A DNA stretch of 35,173 nt from Barthelona sp. PAP020 (taxonomy: Eukaryota): assembly GCA_040182905.1 (NCBI GenBank), contig JARQWU010000090.1, positions 1 through 35,173 of the forward strand. The letters are read 5' to 3'. Of the stretch, positions 18,401 through 27,485 are shown piece after piece. Numbering within the stretch: position 1 is the first letter of the stretch; every line of letters begins with the position of its first letter. The notes below the pieces were generated by a model. It was not told where the DNA came from. It made no database searches and saw nothing but the letters and a program-made list of their open reading frames with translations. The position numbers were made by a program, and so were the translations under genes.

Positions 18401-21400
18401 CAATTGATCTTGTGTTTACTGAAAAGTATGAGTTAGTTGGTACTTCTCACTATCATTTGTTCCGTATACCTTCTGTTAAAATTGATGATGATTTGGCCAC
18501 CTTACGTGTGACCATCACTGGTGATGATGTTGTAACCATCTACTTTAAGTATGATGAGGTTCCTACAGTTTCAGATTACATTTTATCACAAGAACTTTCT
18601 TCTAATCATGCACCTATTGATTTGCCTCGTTGCATTTTACAAAGTGAAAAGCCTCTTTTCATGTTAATGGCTGGAAGACCAGATAAATCATCCTTTGCAA
18701 TATTGGTGGATCAGATTGATTCTCGTTCTTTACCTGCAAAAACAACAACATATAAGAGTGCAACCAATCATCCACTATATTTCCACTATGATTTCAGCAA
18801 CTTCGACATTTTAACCGGATATCCTGTTGTTTATTTCAATGTTTTGGGAGATGCCTCTGCATCTCCTTCTGCTATGGTAGCTGGTTCATTTACTTGTGAA
18901 TTTACTTTTGGTTTTAACTGCGACCCTATGTCAGAAGTAATTACTATTTCTTCAGGAGCTCCTTCTGGTGATTACTCCATTCAGACAAACCAAATTTTGG
19001 CTTCAAAGTTTTTCCTTGGCGTTAATCCTTTGTCTATGGAGGATTCTAATGAAGTTGAGGTATACATGCACATCAACAAGTTTGATTTAGCTCAAGAAAT
19101 TCAAATTGCACAGACCCATTCCGTTTCTATTGAATCACATGGACGTTTCTTCAAGATTCCTGTTTCTACAGATTTAATGAATTCTTTGAAGCCTATCCAC
19201 ATTTCATTTGATGGTCCAAGTGAAGATGTCACTTTAGGTATATATTTTGGTGATGAAAAGGTTCCAATTATGCCTGAGGATGTTTCTGATAATGAAATTG
19301 AACTTGCTAAGGATGGTTCTATACGTTGGTCTTCTTTTGCTGGTGATTCTGACAATCTTCGTTCTGTTATGCGTCATAAAACAAAGTATGTTTGGCTTAA
19401 GGTTCAAAGAAAGACTGATGTTGATACATTCACAATGAAAATCAGTATTGACTCATCAATGGGAACCATTAGTGATCTTAAGAACAGCAAGATTGATGTT
19501 GATTCTGCAGATTTCAAGGGAACTGATAATATTATTGTTATCAACAAACCTGAAATTACCGAGAATCAAATGATTATTGTTCAAATGGAAGTTGATACTG
19601 GAGTACCATTCAGTTGGTTCTTTGATGAACCAATGAATTCTGTTGTTCCAAGAGTTAATTCAGACACACGTGAGTTCACGATTATGTTTAACAAAGAAAC
19701 TTTTGTTGGTGAATTCTATGTCCAAATTCATAAACAATGCAAATATTCCATTCAAGCACGTGTTGTTGATATTTCTAGACCTTCACTTGATGTGAATCAA
19801 AATGTCAGATTGAGTAGTCAATTTTCAACTGCTCCATCAATGATTATTGGTAAGACAACCCTTTCAGCTAATGAAATTATTAGTCATGTTCGTGCAACCA
19901 AGATTAGTGGTGGTGATGCCGTTATTGGATTTTCAAGCGTTGATCCTTCTAAATATGAAGGTAGTATTATTCCTTCTGGTTTGATTCAGTTGGAAGTAGA
20001 GATGGATACAGTACAAAAGTTTACAAAGAATGCAAATGAAGTATATTTCATTTTGTTTGCTACTGAGTCTGAAGTAACAATCGATCTTTATCTTCAAAAA
20101 GTTGTTTTACGTACACCTTCAACTGAGGTGACTGATGAAACTGTTGAAGGAGAACTTGTCAAGCTTATGGCTTTCCGTTTTGATGCAATTACCAATGCTA
20201 TTGGAGCAATTTCTTTTTCCGTATATACTGAGTCTAGTTATAACGTAAATCTCAGAAAGAAATACAATGATGGTACTGGTGTTGATTCTTTCACATATCA
20301 AAGTGTTATTGGATCGAATCCTTTCTTTGTCACACCTTCTATGTATGGTAACGATGAAGTTATTGTTATTATTGAAGGAAAAGATACTTTGAATATGAAA
20401 ATTGAGTCTGTTTCTTCAACAACTGCTTCGAAAATTGCCACGTTTTCAACAGCCACATTTAACAAAGAAAAAGCTTTTTATCTTGTAGATATATCACAAG
20501 CCTCTTCAACTACTGGTGTGTTTGATCGTTTACACATTAGTTTCCGTTATGAACTTGATTTTGATTACACTTATTCTACTCTATTAATGGATGGTGAAGG
20601 GTTTGAATTCAGTTCAATTGTTGAACATAGCGAAGAATATTTTGGTTTATGGGCAAAAGTTGATGAATCAAACAGTGAAACCATGTATCTTATGTTGATG
20701 GCAAACAAAGTACATCAAAAGACGATTTCGATGAATGTTCAAACAACTGTGTTAGAAATGCCTCTTCGTACTGGAAAACTTGAGGAACAATTGTTTTGTA
20801 CTGTCACTGATGATGAATGTAAGAATGTATGTAAGGGAGAAGTTGCTGATGATGATGGCACACCTATTTTAACCAATGTCCGCGGTTATTTCACCATGTT
20901 GGATAATTCCGAATTCCAAATTATGCCTTATGTTACACCCGAATCATCCAGTAAGTGTTATACTGAATTCCTTGTGGTTTCTGGTGAACTAACTGTCACT
21001 CATGTTGCTAATCCCGAGTTGGGATTTTCTCTTGTTTCTTCAAATCCTGTGTGGACTCGAGTTATACCAGAACTTGAAAACCCAAGATATAAGTTAAGCT
21101 TTATGGAAAAAGGTTCTGGTATGTACAGAACTTTCTGTAATCACAAGGAATTACATCCTAAGTGTGTGTGTCCTTCTGCTTGTCAGTTCAAGTTTGATTC
21201 TTCTTATTTGTTAACACCATTCAATGACTATATTGTTGATACTCCTTTTGAGCTCAACGTCAATTATGGTAATCCTGCAACTAAGTCTAGTGCCTCATGC
21301 ACTTTGCCAGTTGGAATTACTGGGTTGAACAATGACCCCAACAGCATGTGTAATCCCTTACGTGAACAATTTAACGCGGTTACACCAGAGATGTACATTC

Positions 21401-24141
21401 GAGTTCCTGCTGTTGAATCTGGTACAGCTCCCATTATTATGCGTCGTTCAAGAATTCCAGTTTCATTGAATGTTGGTTTACCATTTTCTGGTGCTGTAAC
21501 CAACACAGATGCGTTTGTTGCTGTTATTGAGGATACTCAACCTGAGAAGAATTTGGTTTACAGAATCATTTTTGACAACATTCATTATGCCGATGAAGTT
21601 GGAGTTACCACCACTGATAAAGCTTCTATTTGTGTTGAAAGAGAACCTCAAGTTGATGAGCGTTTCTTATTCACCAAAGATTCACCCTCTTGTGACATGG
21701 TTACCGATGAATATCCTTTATTCTTGTCATCTTCTGAAGTTTTACGTGATGAACCCTACATTAGAGTCTTATCCACATCTACTAATCTTGTATTATTTGA
21801 CGTTACCATTGACACTTTATCAGAAAACGATTTGATTGAACCTGTAAAGGAAACTGAAGAGCGTACAAATTATAAATTAAAGAAACGTTGGTCATATGTA
21901 AAGCTTGATTTACCTCACACCATGAATTGGGGCTTTGAATATATTCGTCTTGGTGTTCATCAAATTCTTGGTGGAAACACAAGATTCTATGTTGGTTATG
22001 ATTATTTCCCTACTCCTCGAGTAAATGACATGGATTATACTAGTGCTAATTATGAGATTCATTGTGGTTCTGACATCACCACTGTTTATATTTTGGTCGA
22101 TGCACAGGACAAGTTAGGTGATTTGTGTGTGTCAATGGAACGAGTTACAATTCATACTGCTGATTATATTAATATTGTAGCTGATACAATTGATGTTGAT
22201 ACTTGGAATAATGAGTTATATTCTTTCCAATATCATGCTTTCCCATACAATGGTCAAACTGGTTTTATGATGTTAGTGTTATCAGTTCCTCAAATTGAAA
22301 AGTCTGCCCAAAATATAATGTTCCATTCTTGGTACAACAATAAGTATTCAGGTTCTATTGAAGAATTTTATGTTAGCGAAATACCAGATTTCAATGAAAA
22401 GTGTTCACCAAAGAATTTTGGTACATTGGATGAAAACGTTGAATATAAGGGTATTTCCTCTATGATTGGTGAAGTTAACACCAATCAGTTATATTATAAG
22501 ATTCCAGCTGGACAAGAAGCTCATGTTGGTATTCATATTGTTGATTTTTCAGACATTACTTTCAATAAAGGTGAATATATTGAATTTTCTCCTGATTTCA
22601 AGAATTATCCTGAATATTCCATCAATTTTGAAGCAAATTTCTTTGATTCTGCTTTGAATTTTGTTGAAATTGAATTCAATGGTAATGTTGGATTCAATCT
22701 TTATGTTGATTCTTCCTCTAAAACCATAATGTCATATTCTCGTTCTGCCACTGGTAATTCCTTAACAAAACATCGTATTTATTCTTGGACAATTATGCAA
22801 CAGATCTTGCCTTTACATGATAAGCCCAACTCATTGACAATTAAGCCTTCTTTACGAAATTCAATTTATAGCGCAGCTCAATTCAAGTTCAAAGTTGAAT
22901 TCAAGACACATGATGTTGAAACTGTTTCTAACGTTGTTGATATCATTAAAGATATTAAATTGGGTGGTGAAGAGATTATTTACACATATGACAATCTTAT
23001 TGCAAAGGACGATTATTTTGTTCATGTGTGCCTACAAAAAATTGGCACAGAATTATCAGAATATGCATCAATTATTGTTGTTCCCCAAATCTATCTTTTG
23101 AGACAAAACGCCACTGTGTACTATGAAATGATTGGCAGTGATGAATTACATACTTGGTTGTTTACACATATCAATGATGGAATGTTTGATGACAAAGTCT
23201 ATTTTATCCTTACTCGTAACCCTCTATTCCGTGATTCTGAAGTATCTGCTTACTCTCAAATTGACTATAGGTTTAAATTAGAGTATAATGCTATTGAAGT
23301 ACTTGAACCTGTATCAAAGTCTTGGAAGTTAAAAGAAAATACAGGTGTCTACAAATTACCAAGTCATTATGCTTTTAAGTTTGAAGTTAAGAACGATTTA
23401 TCCTACACTGTAGTTTCTTTGAGAGACAAGGATTCAACAATTACAGAACTTGAGGAATATGATGATATGAAGAGTATTACCCTCACTTCTGCAGGTTTCA
23501 ATGTGAGAAGAGATTTGTATATGGTTGTTGAACCTCAATTCAGCGATAATGATCGTGAGATCGTTTTTACTCCACTTATTCCTGAGAAATTGGTTGTTTC
23601 TAAAACCATGTTTTGTAAGGATCATTTTACCAGTATTTGGACTGAAGATCAAGACGCAAGAGATGTTGAAGCAAAACACAGATATATGAGATGGATAAAA
23701 TCTAATTCTGGATGTTTGATGCCTTCTCAAGTTTGTGATGATGCTTTGATTGCCCTTTCTTGTACAATTTCTTTCCCTGATTTTGATAAGAAAGGAATTG
23801 TCCAAACCAAACAAGGTGATTTAGCTGAAACCTTCTTGACCACTTGTAGACATTTGGAAATAGACAATTATGAATCTTCTGAACCTTTTTATTCTATTTT
23901 GACACCTCCTGGTGGGGTTGAATTGAAATTCAAGATAGAAAGCTCCTCTGGAAAGAAATCAGATAGTTTTGGTTTCTTGATTATTATCGTTGGTGTTATT
24001 TTGGCGCTTGCTTTTGTTGGTATTTATTTTGGTTTTTCAAAAAAGGGATCTGAATCTGATAACATGGAAGGAAGCTTCTTAAATTTTGAATATGATGGAA
24101 CTCTTGTGCCTGTGAGTGGTGACGCTGAAATAATTGTCTGA
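15448..24141 (+). CDS. Giant (2897 aa) type I membrane surface protein with tandem beta-sandwich domains
   Basis: Uninterrupted 8.7-kb ORF. Signal peptide MEYLKIFCVLFLVICIGSC, beta-rich ectodomain, Cys-containing juxtamembrane module, TM FGFLIIIVGVILALAFVGIYFGF and a ~34-aa tail. First ATG is 15448 (15442 is TTG). Confidence 0.92.
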   Translation: MEYLKIFCVLFLVICIGSCEERKFNTKYEDDIKESPLIINLPAVTTVLTYVTIDVSVKEPNCDIRVRMNPQSSLPNAQTGDYFNKIASFTEEFYFLDLSEGLQVVFEPAFKGASCQINSTFVLTDPEVLTPSDRGFSTISFEEIKPKYMKFNAPKLNVYSSLWLILDDVDQMEYFKVFGLSAASSHSWEMATEYSRTHGSSTQGVFAVFPCVDIVNEIYVMIKPEYPGDFVFHYEDNIHAQRTSKIDSAYFGSTSFNDFMLFELDVKDFAGTGEVSFDNECFLVASIFNVLNGEIKAFWTPQKSFLHDFCAETSETLVTKSIGQMVLTPRELRRLYNKETGKLYVTIAGMKQYDSNLPVTFNFKWTVKNVEDSKNVISVEAGKPITADLGISDMVILRYYHKATSDFEALTLDLYTDENLADALPLKVMFFNTESKFLYADMDDSSNINDYYSYVEDITLNYHKQFFSSCLQTGYYDLVLLPNYLARDLLITVKFNVNSPKKLTNVAETVILRQGIFEQFYFDAEDFGEQGIITIETSSSDVALYAQIERPAGPQSYCGLSSSVIPTGLGTNRVQFSLPCQLPMGRWIIGATTDSNKPIVSTSIVINEYLPITHDLPLGGQVSLPVSQSHLFTLKTSIPSDGVLEYLVTTTELLDAHISASIHLTNPPNVCEADVDLSDYQCTVDTQETSCKFTLPIDLVNLNQVLGNVDNHVYLLINIVTATDINGEVQVRLKHMSKVVKTIELRDTLEHTIEPGTLLTFKHRSQPDPEGYTLFSVYSDRTDVINGMYTLCVTEEEILVHNDKTCVEAQDNYAAVSLPVNFEARDVFVHLIYNESSSASDATFIIRAISREVPVISTNEPIQIRASATESGFLKVKVASRSSDIIILAKDFEHTALDTSVLVSTKGFLSCLTCNSAPETSADFVLPLQEGSDTTSAKLHISAEFLEEVKVSTLYVTVVSANKANILSLFSFVATQTSRYAESSAIDLVFTEKYELVGTSHYHLFRIPSVKIDDDLATLRVTITGDDVVTIYFKYDEVPTVSDYILSQELSSNHAPIDLPRCILQSEKPLFMLMAGRPDKSSFAILVDQIDSRSLPAKTTTYKSATNHPLYFHYDFSNFDILTGYPVVYFNVLGDASASPSAMVAGSFTCEFTFGFNCDPMSEVITISSGAPSGDYSIQTNQILASKFFLGVNPLSMEDSNEVEVYMHINKFDLAQEIQIAQTHSVSIESHGRFFKIPVSTDLMNSLKPIHISFDGPSEDVTLGIYFGDEKVPIMPEDVSDNEIELAKDGSIRWSSFAGDSDNLRSVMRHKTKYVWLKVQRKTDVDTFTMKISIDSSMGTISDLKNSKIDVDSADFKGTDNIIVINKPEITENQMIIVQMEVDTGVPFSWFFDEPMNSVVPRVNSDTREFTIMFNKETFVGEFYVQIHKQCKYSIQARVVDISRPSLDVNQNVRLSSQFSTAPSMIIGKTTLSANEIISHVRATKISGGDAVIGFSSVDPSKYEGSIIPSGLIQLEVEMDTVQKFTKNANEVYFILFATESEVTIDLYLQKVVLRTPSTEVTDETVEGELVKLMAFRFDAITNAIGAISFSVYTESSYNVNLRKKYNDGTGVDSFTYQSVIGSNPFFVTPSMYGNDEVIVIIEGKDTLNMKIESVSSTTASKIATFSTATFNKEKAFYLVDISQASSTTGVFDRLHISFRYELDFDYTYSTLLMDGEGFEFSSIVEHSEEYFGLWAKVDESNSETMYLMLMANKVHQKTISMNVQTTVLEMPLRTGKLEEQLFCTVTDDECKNVCKGEVADDDGTPILTNVRGYFTMLDNSEFQIMPYVTPESSSKCYTEFLVVSGELTVTHVANPELGFSLVSSNPVWTRVIPELENPRYKLSFMEKGSGMYRTFCNHKELHPKCVCPSACQFKFDSSYLLTPFNDYIVDTPFELNVNYGNPATKSSASCTLPVGITGLNNDPNSMCNPLREQFNAVTPEMYIRVPAVESGTAPIIMRRSRIPVSLNVGLPFSGAVTNTDAFVAVIEDTQPEKNLVYRIIFDNIHYADEVGVTTTDKASICVEREPQVDERFLFTKDSPSCDMVTDEYPLFLSSSEVLRDEPYIRVLSTSTNLVLFDVTIDTLSENDLIEPVKETEERTNYKLKKRWSYVKLDLPHTMNWGFEYIRLGVHQILGGNTRFYVGYDYFPTPRVNDMDYTSANYEIHCGSDITTVYILVDAQDKLGDLCVSMERVTIHTADYINIVADTIDVDTWNNELYSFQYHAFPYNGQTGFMMLVLSVPQIEKSAQNIMFHSWYNNKYSGSIEEFYVSEIPDFNEKCSPKNFGTLDENVEYKGISSMIGEVNTNQLYYKIPAGQEAHVGIHIVDFSDITFNKGEYIEFSPDFKNYPEYSINFEANFFDSALNFVEIEFNGNVGFNLYVDSSSKTIMSYSRSATGNSLTKHRIYSWTIMQQILPLHDKPNSLTIKPSLRNSIYSAAQFKFKVEFKTHDVETVSNVVDIIKDIKLGGEEIIYTYDNLIAKDDYFVHVCLQKIGTELSEYASIIVVPQIYLLRQNATVYYEMIGSDELHTWLFTHINDGMFDDKVYFILTRNPLFRDSEVSAYSQIDYRFKLEYNAIEVLEPVSKSWKLKENTGVYKLPSHYAFKFEVKNDLSYTVVSLRDKDSTITELEEYDDMKSITLTSAGFNVRRDLYMVVEPQFSDNDREIVFTPLIPEKLVVSKTMFCKDHFTSIWTEDQDARDVEAKHRYMRWIKSNSGCLMPSQVCDDALIALSCTISFPDFDKKGIVQTKQGDLAETFLTTCRHLEIDNYESSEPFYSILTPPGGVELKFKIESSSGKKSDSFGFLIIIVGVILALAFVGIYFGFSKKGSESDNMEGSFLNFEYDGTLVPVSGDAEIIV

Positions 24142-24460
24142 TAATTTATTAATGTTATTTGAAAATAAATGTTTGTTTTTGTAATTTATTGTTTTTGTTT
24201 AAATGTTTGAAAAGATCTTGAACTCTAAAATTCAATGTTTCATTTCTTTTAATCGATATTTTGAAATATCAAGACAAACTTTCAAAAAAAGGTGAAGGGA
24301 AAAACAAAATAAATTTTTATCAACAACTAAAAGGGGAGACAGACTTGTGAAGCGATATTTAAAAGAATATTTTTTTCTTCTTTCTATCATTTGCAATATT
24401 TGAAAATATTCAATGTAAAAGAACAACATAACATAAGATATCAATTAAATGTTGAAAATA

Positions 24461-24727
24461 TTAAAGCAAAGTGTGATCTTCCATCAAAGAATTTTGTACT
24501 ACCATTTCACCATCAACCATTCCCAAAGAATTCAATTCTTCGATTACATTTTCGATCGAATTCTTTAAAGCTTGAATTAATTGTTGATTTTCAGCTGTAT
24601 TTGGAACTATTAAAAAAGTTTTTCCCAATTTTTGGACTATTCTTTGATCAGTAGTTGATAGGGATAAATATATTCTATCTAAAATATGTGAAGCCAATTC
24701 GAAAGTAATAATTTCTTCAACACTCAT
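24461..24727 (-). CDS. Small 88-aa protein, possibly TFIIH subunit Tfb5/p8-like
   Basis: ATG-TAA ORF filling an otherwise empty gap. RIVQKLGKTFLIV...LIQALKNSIENVIE resembles Tfb5 FIIQDLDDTHLFV...LQERVGELMD in spacing and size. The product call is tentative. Confidence 0.55.
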   Translation of the reverse strand: MSVEEIITFELASHILDRIYLSLSTTDQRIVQKLGKTFLIVPNTAENQQLIQALKNSIENVIEELNSLGMVDGEMVVQNSLMEDHTLL

Positions 24728-24778
24728 TGTAATTAAAAAATAAAAAAGTAGAAGAAAATTTTTTTTAATTTTTCATAC

Positions 24779-26068
24779 ATGAATAATGATGATGATGGTG
24801 ATTTTCATGTAATAACAAAACAAATAAAACGATTCAAACGAAAATTAAAACGTGTTGTAAGAAAAATTTCAGATTTTGCAATATCTTATCCCTTTATTTT
24901 GGAAGTTAATGAATTAGATATACATATTGATAAACTTAAAGAATTTGAACAGTTTATTGATAACATTTTTGAGGGAATAAACGAAGATATCAGTTTTCAG
25001 TTTGAAATTGATTTAAGAACGATAATTATTGTATTATATCATTGCTGTTTTAATGTTTATGAACATATATATTTCTTAAACCATGAAAATCTGGAGGGTA
25101 TTGTTAATTTTTGTGTTAAATTGAAATTAGATGTTTTTTTTACTCAAAAAAGAAGAGAAAAAACAGAAAAACCAAAAAATATTCTCATAGCATGTATTGA
25201 CAACAATAATTTAAATGCTATGCACATTTTTGAAAAGTATGGTTTGTTTGACAATTGTTCGTATCGTCGTTATTACACATTAAAATATTATATCATTAAG
25301 ACTTTGCCTATATTTGAAGAATGTTATCATTTTTTTGACTTTAACAATGAAAAAATCACAAGTTTTAATCCTTTAAAATTAGCTATCATGAATAATATTG
25401 AAGAAGTTTTTTTCTATCTTTTAACCATTTGTAATTATAACTTCAATAAACGTATGATTGTTCAGGGTAAATTAGACGATTATCCGTTGTTCTTATTGAT
25501 TAAGCACAAACGTATGAACCTGCTTGAATTGTTGTTTTCTAAATATATTAATTTAATTGATATTGATTTAAATATCACACAAAAACATGGAAAGTCCATT
25601 TATCATTATTGTATTGAACAAGGAGCATTTGAAATTCTTGATTTATTGTTAAGAGTAAATAAAAAGGTCGATTTACATGTTGTAGATGCGAAGGGAGATA
25701 CTGTTTTTCATTATTTTAGTCGTCTAATTAAAAAAAATGCAATTGATACGAACAAAAGCTTTTTACAACTTCTTTTAAGCTACAACAAGAAAAAGGTTGA
25801 TAAAATATTGATAATGAAGAATAACAATTACAAAACAGCCATTGAAACTATATTTGAAGCAATTTTGGATTCAAATGATGAAATTTTTTTTGAAAATTGG
25901 TTGACTTGGTTTTATGAGAACAATATTAATGTATTGAATTTTGTCAATGAAAATAACGTATTTTTGCTAAGAAAAGTAGAGGAAATAGTGGAAAGTTCCA
26001 ATCAATCTGATCAAATTTCTTTTGAAGATGCTATTGAATCTGCAAATAGCATGCTTTCCAACTCATAG
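24779..26068 (+). CDS. Ankyrin repeat protein
   Basis: NPLKLAIMNNIEEVFFYLL, YPLFLLIKHKRMNLLELLF, HGKSIYHYCIEQGAFEILDLLL, DAKGDTVFHYF, NNYKTAIE. Confidence 0.85.
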   Translation: MNNDDDGDFHVITKQIKRFKRKLKRVVRKISDFAISYPFILEVNELDIHIDKLKEFEQFIDNIFEGINEDISFQFEIDLRTIIIVLYHCCFNVYEHIYFLNHENLEGIVNFCVKLKLDVFFTQKRREKTEKPKNILIACIDNNNLNAMHIFEKYGLFDNCSYRRYYTLKYYIIKTLPIFEECYHFFDFNNEKITSFNPLKLAIMNNIEEVFFYLLTICNYNFNKRMIVQGKLDDYPLFLLIKHKRMNLLELLFSKYINLIDIDLNITQKHGKSIYHYCIEQGAFEILDLLLRVNKKVDLHVVDAKGDTVFHYFSRLIKKNAIDTNKSFLQLLLSYNKKKVDKILIMKNNNYKTAIETIFEAILDSNDEIFFENWLTWFYENNINVLNFVNENNVFLLRKVEEIVESSNQSDQISFEDAIESANSMLSNS

Positions 26069-26150
26069 TAATTGGAAAACACAATATAAAAATAATGAAA
26101 GAATTCTGTTTCTCAATTTTCAATAAAGGAAAAGATTCTTTTTTTTTTAT

Positions 26151-27305
26151 TCATCCTGTGCAAAAGTTTGTTGATTTCAAAAAGATTTCAGCTTTGTCTC
26201 CTAAAGTTTTCAAGTCTTCCTCCTTGTTTCTGTTCAAACATACATCATCCAATTCATAATTAAACTCAAGATTGGGTACATGTCGATGAATATACTCATA
26301 CGATTCCGGAATCTCATTTGGAACACTCTGTAATCGATCAAAGAATAAAGCGGTTACTTGTGTCCAATATGAGGCAGTGGATGCATTGTCATAACCACCA
26401 CCACCTAGTATCAAGACATTTTGTGATGTTATTAAATCTTTGACACAACTCAAAATCCTTAACATTCCAGGAATGCTGACGTTAAAGATACCAAACTCTT
26501 TCAAAATATCAGCTCCCAATACAAGGATAATGTTGTGAGACTGAGGAACAACAATTGCAAGCAATGGAATCAACAAACTCTTCAATGACTCGTCATCAAG
26601 CCCATTCCACAGGGGTAGATTCAGATTGGAACCATGGGAATACTCAAATAATCCTGTTGTTTTAGCGGGAAAAAATGCAAAAGGATGTCGATGAACACTC
26701 AAATAGAAGACTCTGTCATCATGACAAAAGCTCTCACTTGTGCCATCTCCCAAATGTATATCCAAATCAATAATTAACGTTTTACCTGTCTTTCTAAGCA
26801 TAGACGCTGCAATTATTATATCATTAACATAACAAAAACCAGAACTATAACATCTTGAACCATGATGTCTTCCTCCAACCCAATTGATGGCAACTTTTTT
26901 TGAACCATGAAGTAATTTGGTAGTCGCCATGAATGTCCCTGTACATATTAACAAAATATGGATAGAAAGCCCTTCAAAGTAGGGAGTGTCATCATTTTGA
27001 AGTTGATAAAACTCAAAATGATCCATTTGATTAAATGGTATAATACCTTTCAATTTTATGAATTGTTGTAAAGCATTAATGAAGTCATTGTCAAAATTGA
27101 AAGGCTTTTTTTTCAAGAAATCAAAAGATATCAAACGTTCAACAATAATGTGCTCATCATTATCATTGAAAATATTTATAGATTCAATAAGAGAATTTAC
27201 CATTTCAAATCTTTGTTCATTTTGATGACAATTTGTGTATTTTTGTAATTTTTTTGGATAAGTAATATAAATATATTGCCTTTCTTTGTTTTGATCATTG
27301 TTCAT
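26151..27305 (-). CDS. Class I histone deacetylase, HDAC8/Hos1-like
   Basis: AINWVGGRHH, SGFCYVND, DLDIHLGDG, SVH..FFP, LGAD and LGGGGY: His dyad, Zn ligands and catalytic Tyr are all present. First ATG is 27305 (27308 is TTG). Confidence 0.93.
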   Translation of the reverse strand: MNNDQNKERQYIYITYPKKLQKYTNCHQNEQRFEMVNSLIESINIFNDNDEHIIVERLISFDFLKKKPFNFDNDFINALQQFIKLKGIIPFNQMDHFEFYQLQNDDTPYFEGLSIHILLICTGTFMATTKLLHGSKKVAINWVGGRHHGSRCYSSGFCYVNDIIIAASMLRKTGKTLIIDLDIHLGDGTSESFCHDDRVFYLSVHRHPFAFFPAKTTGLFEYSHGSNLNLPLWNGLDDESLKSLLIPLLAIVVPQSHNIILVLGADILKEFGIFNVSIPGMLRILSCVKDLITSQNVLILGGGGYDNASTASYWTQVTALFFDRLQSVPNEIPESYEYIHRHVPNLEFNYELDDVCLNRNKEEDLKTLGDKAEIFLKSTNFCTG

Positions 27306-27485
27306 CAATGGTTATAATAAAAAAACTTGAAATGGAGAAAAAAAATTTTTTTTGATGCTGCATTTTTGTAGTTTTTTTATTTAATCCTTTGAATTTTGAT
27401 TATTGTTATGTAAAGATTAAATTATTGAGCTAATACAGAAATATTTTCAAAGTTAATAAAGAAAATTCTTTTTTTTTTCAATTAA

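Noticed and set aside
15423..23814. Many 60-126-aa ORFs nested in or antisense to the giant gene (and similar ones inside other long CDSs)
   Set aside because: Expected off-frame and antisense shadows of a long biased CDS; mostly non-ATG starts and no motifs.
24232..24654. ORFs 24232..24444 (-) and 24391..24654 (+)
   Set aside because: Composition is low-complexity or antisense-like, the second starts at TTG, and the 24461..24727 ORF explains the region better.
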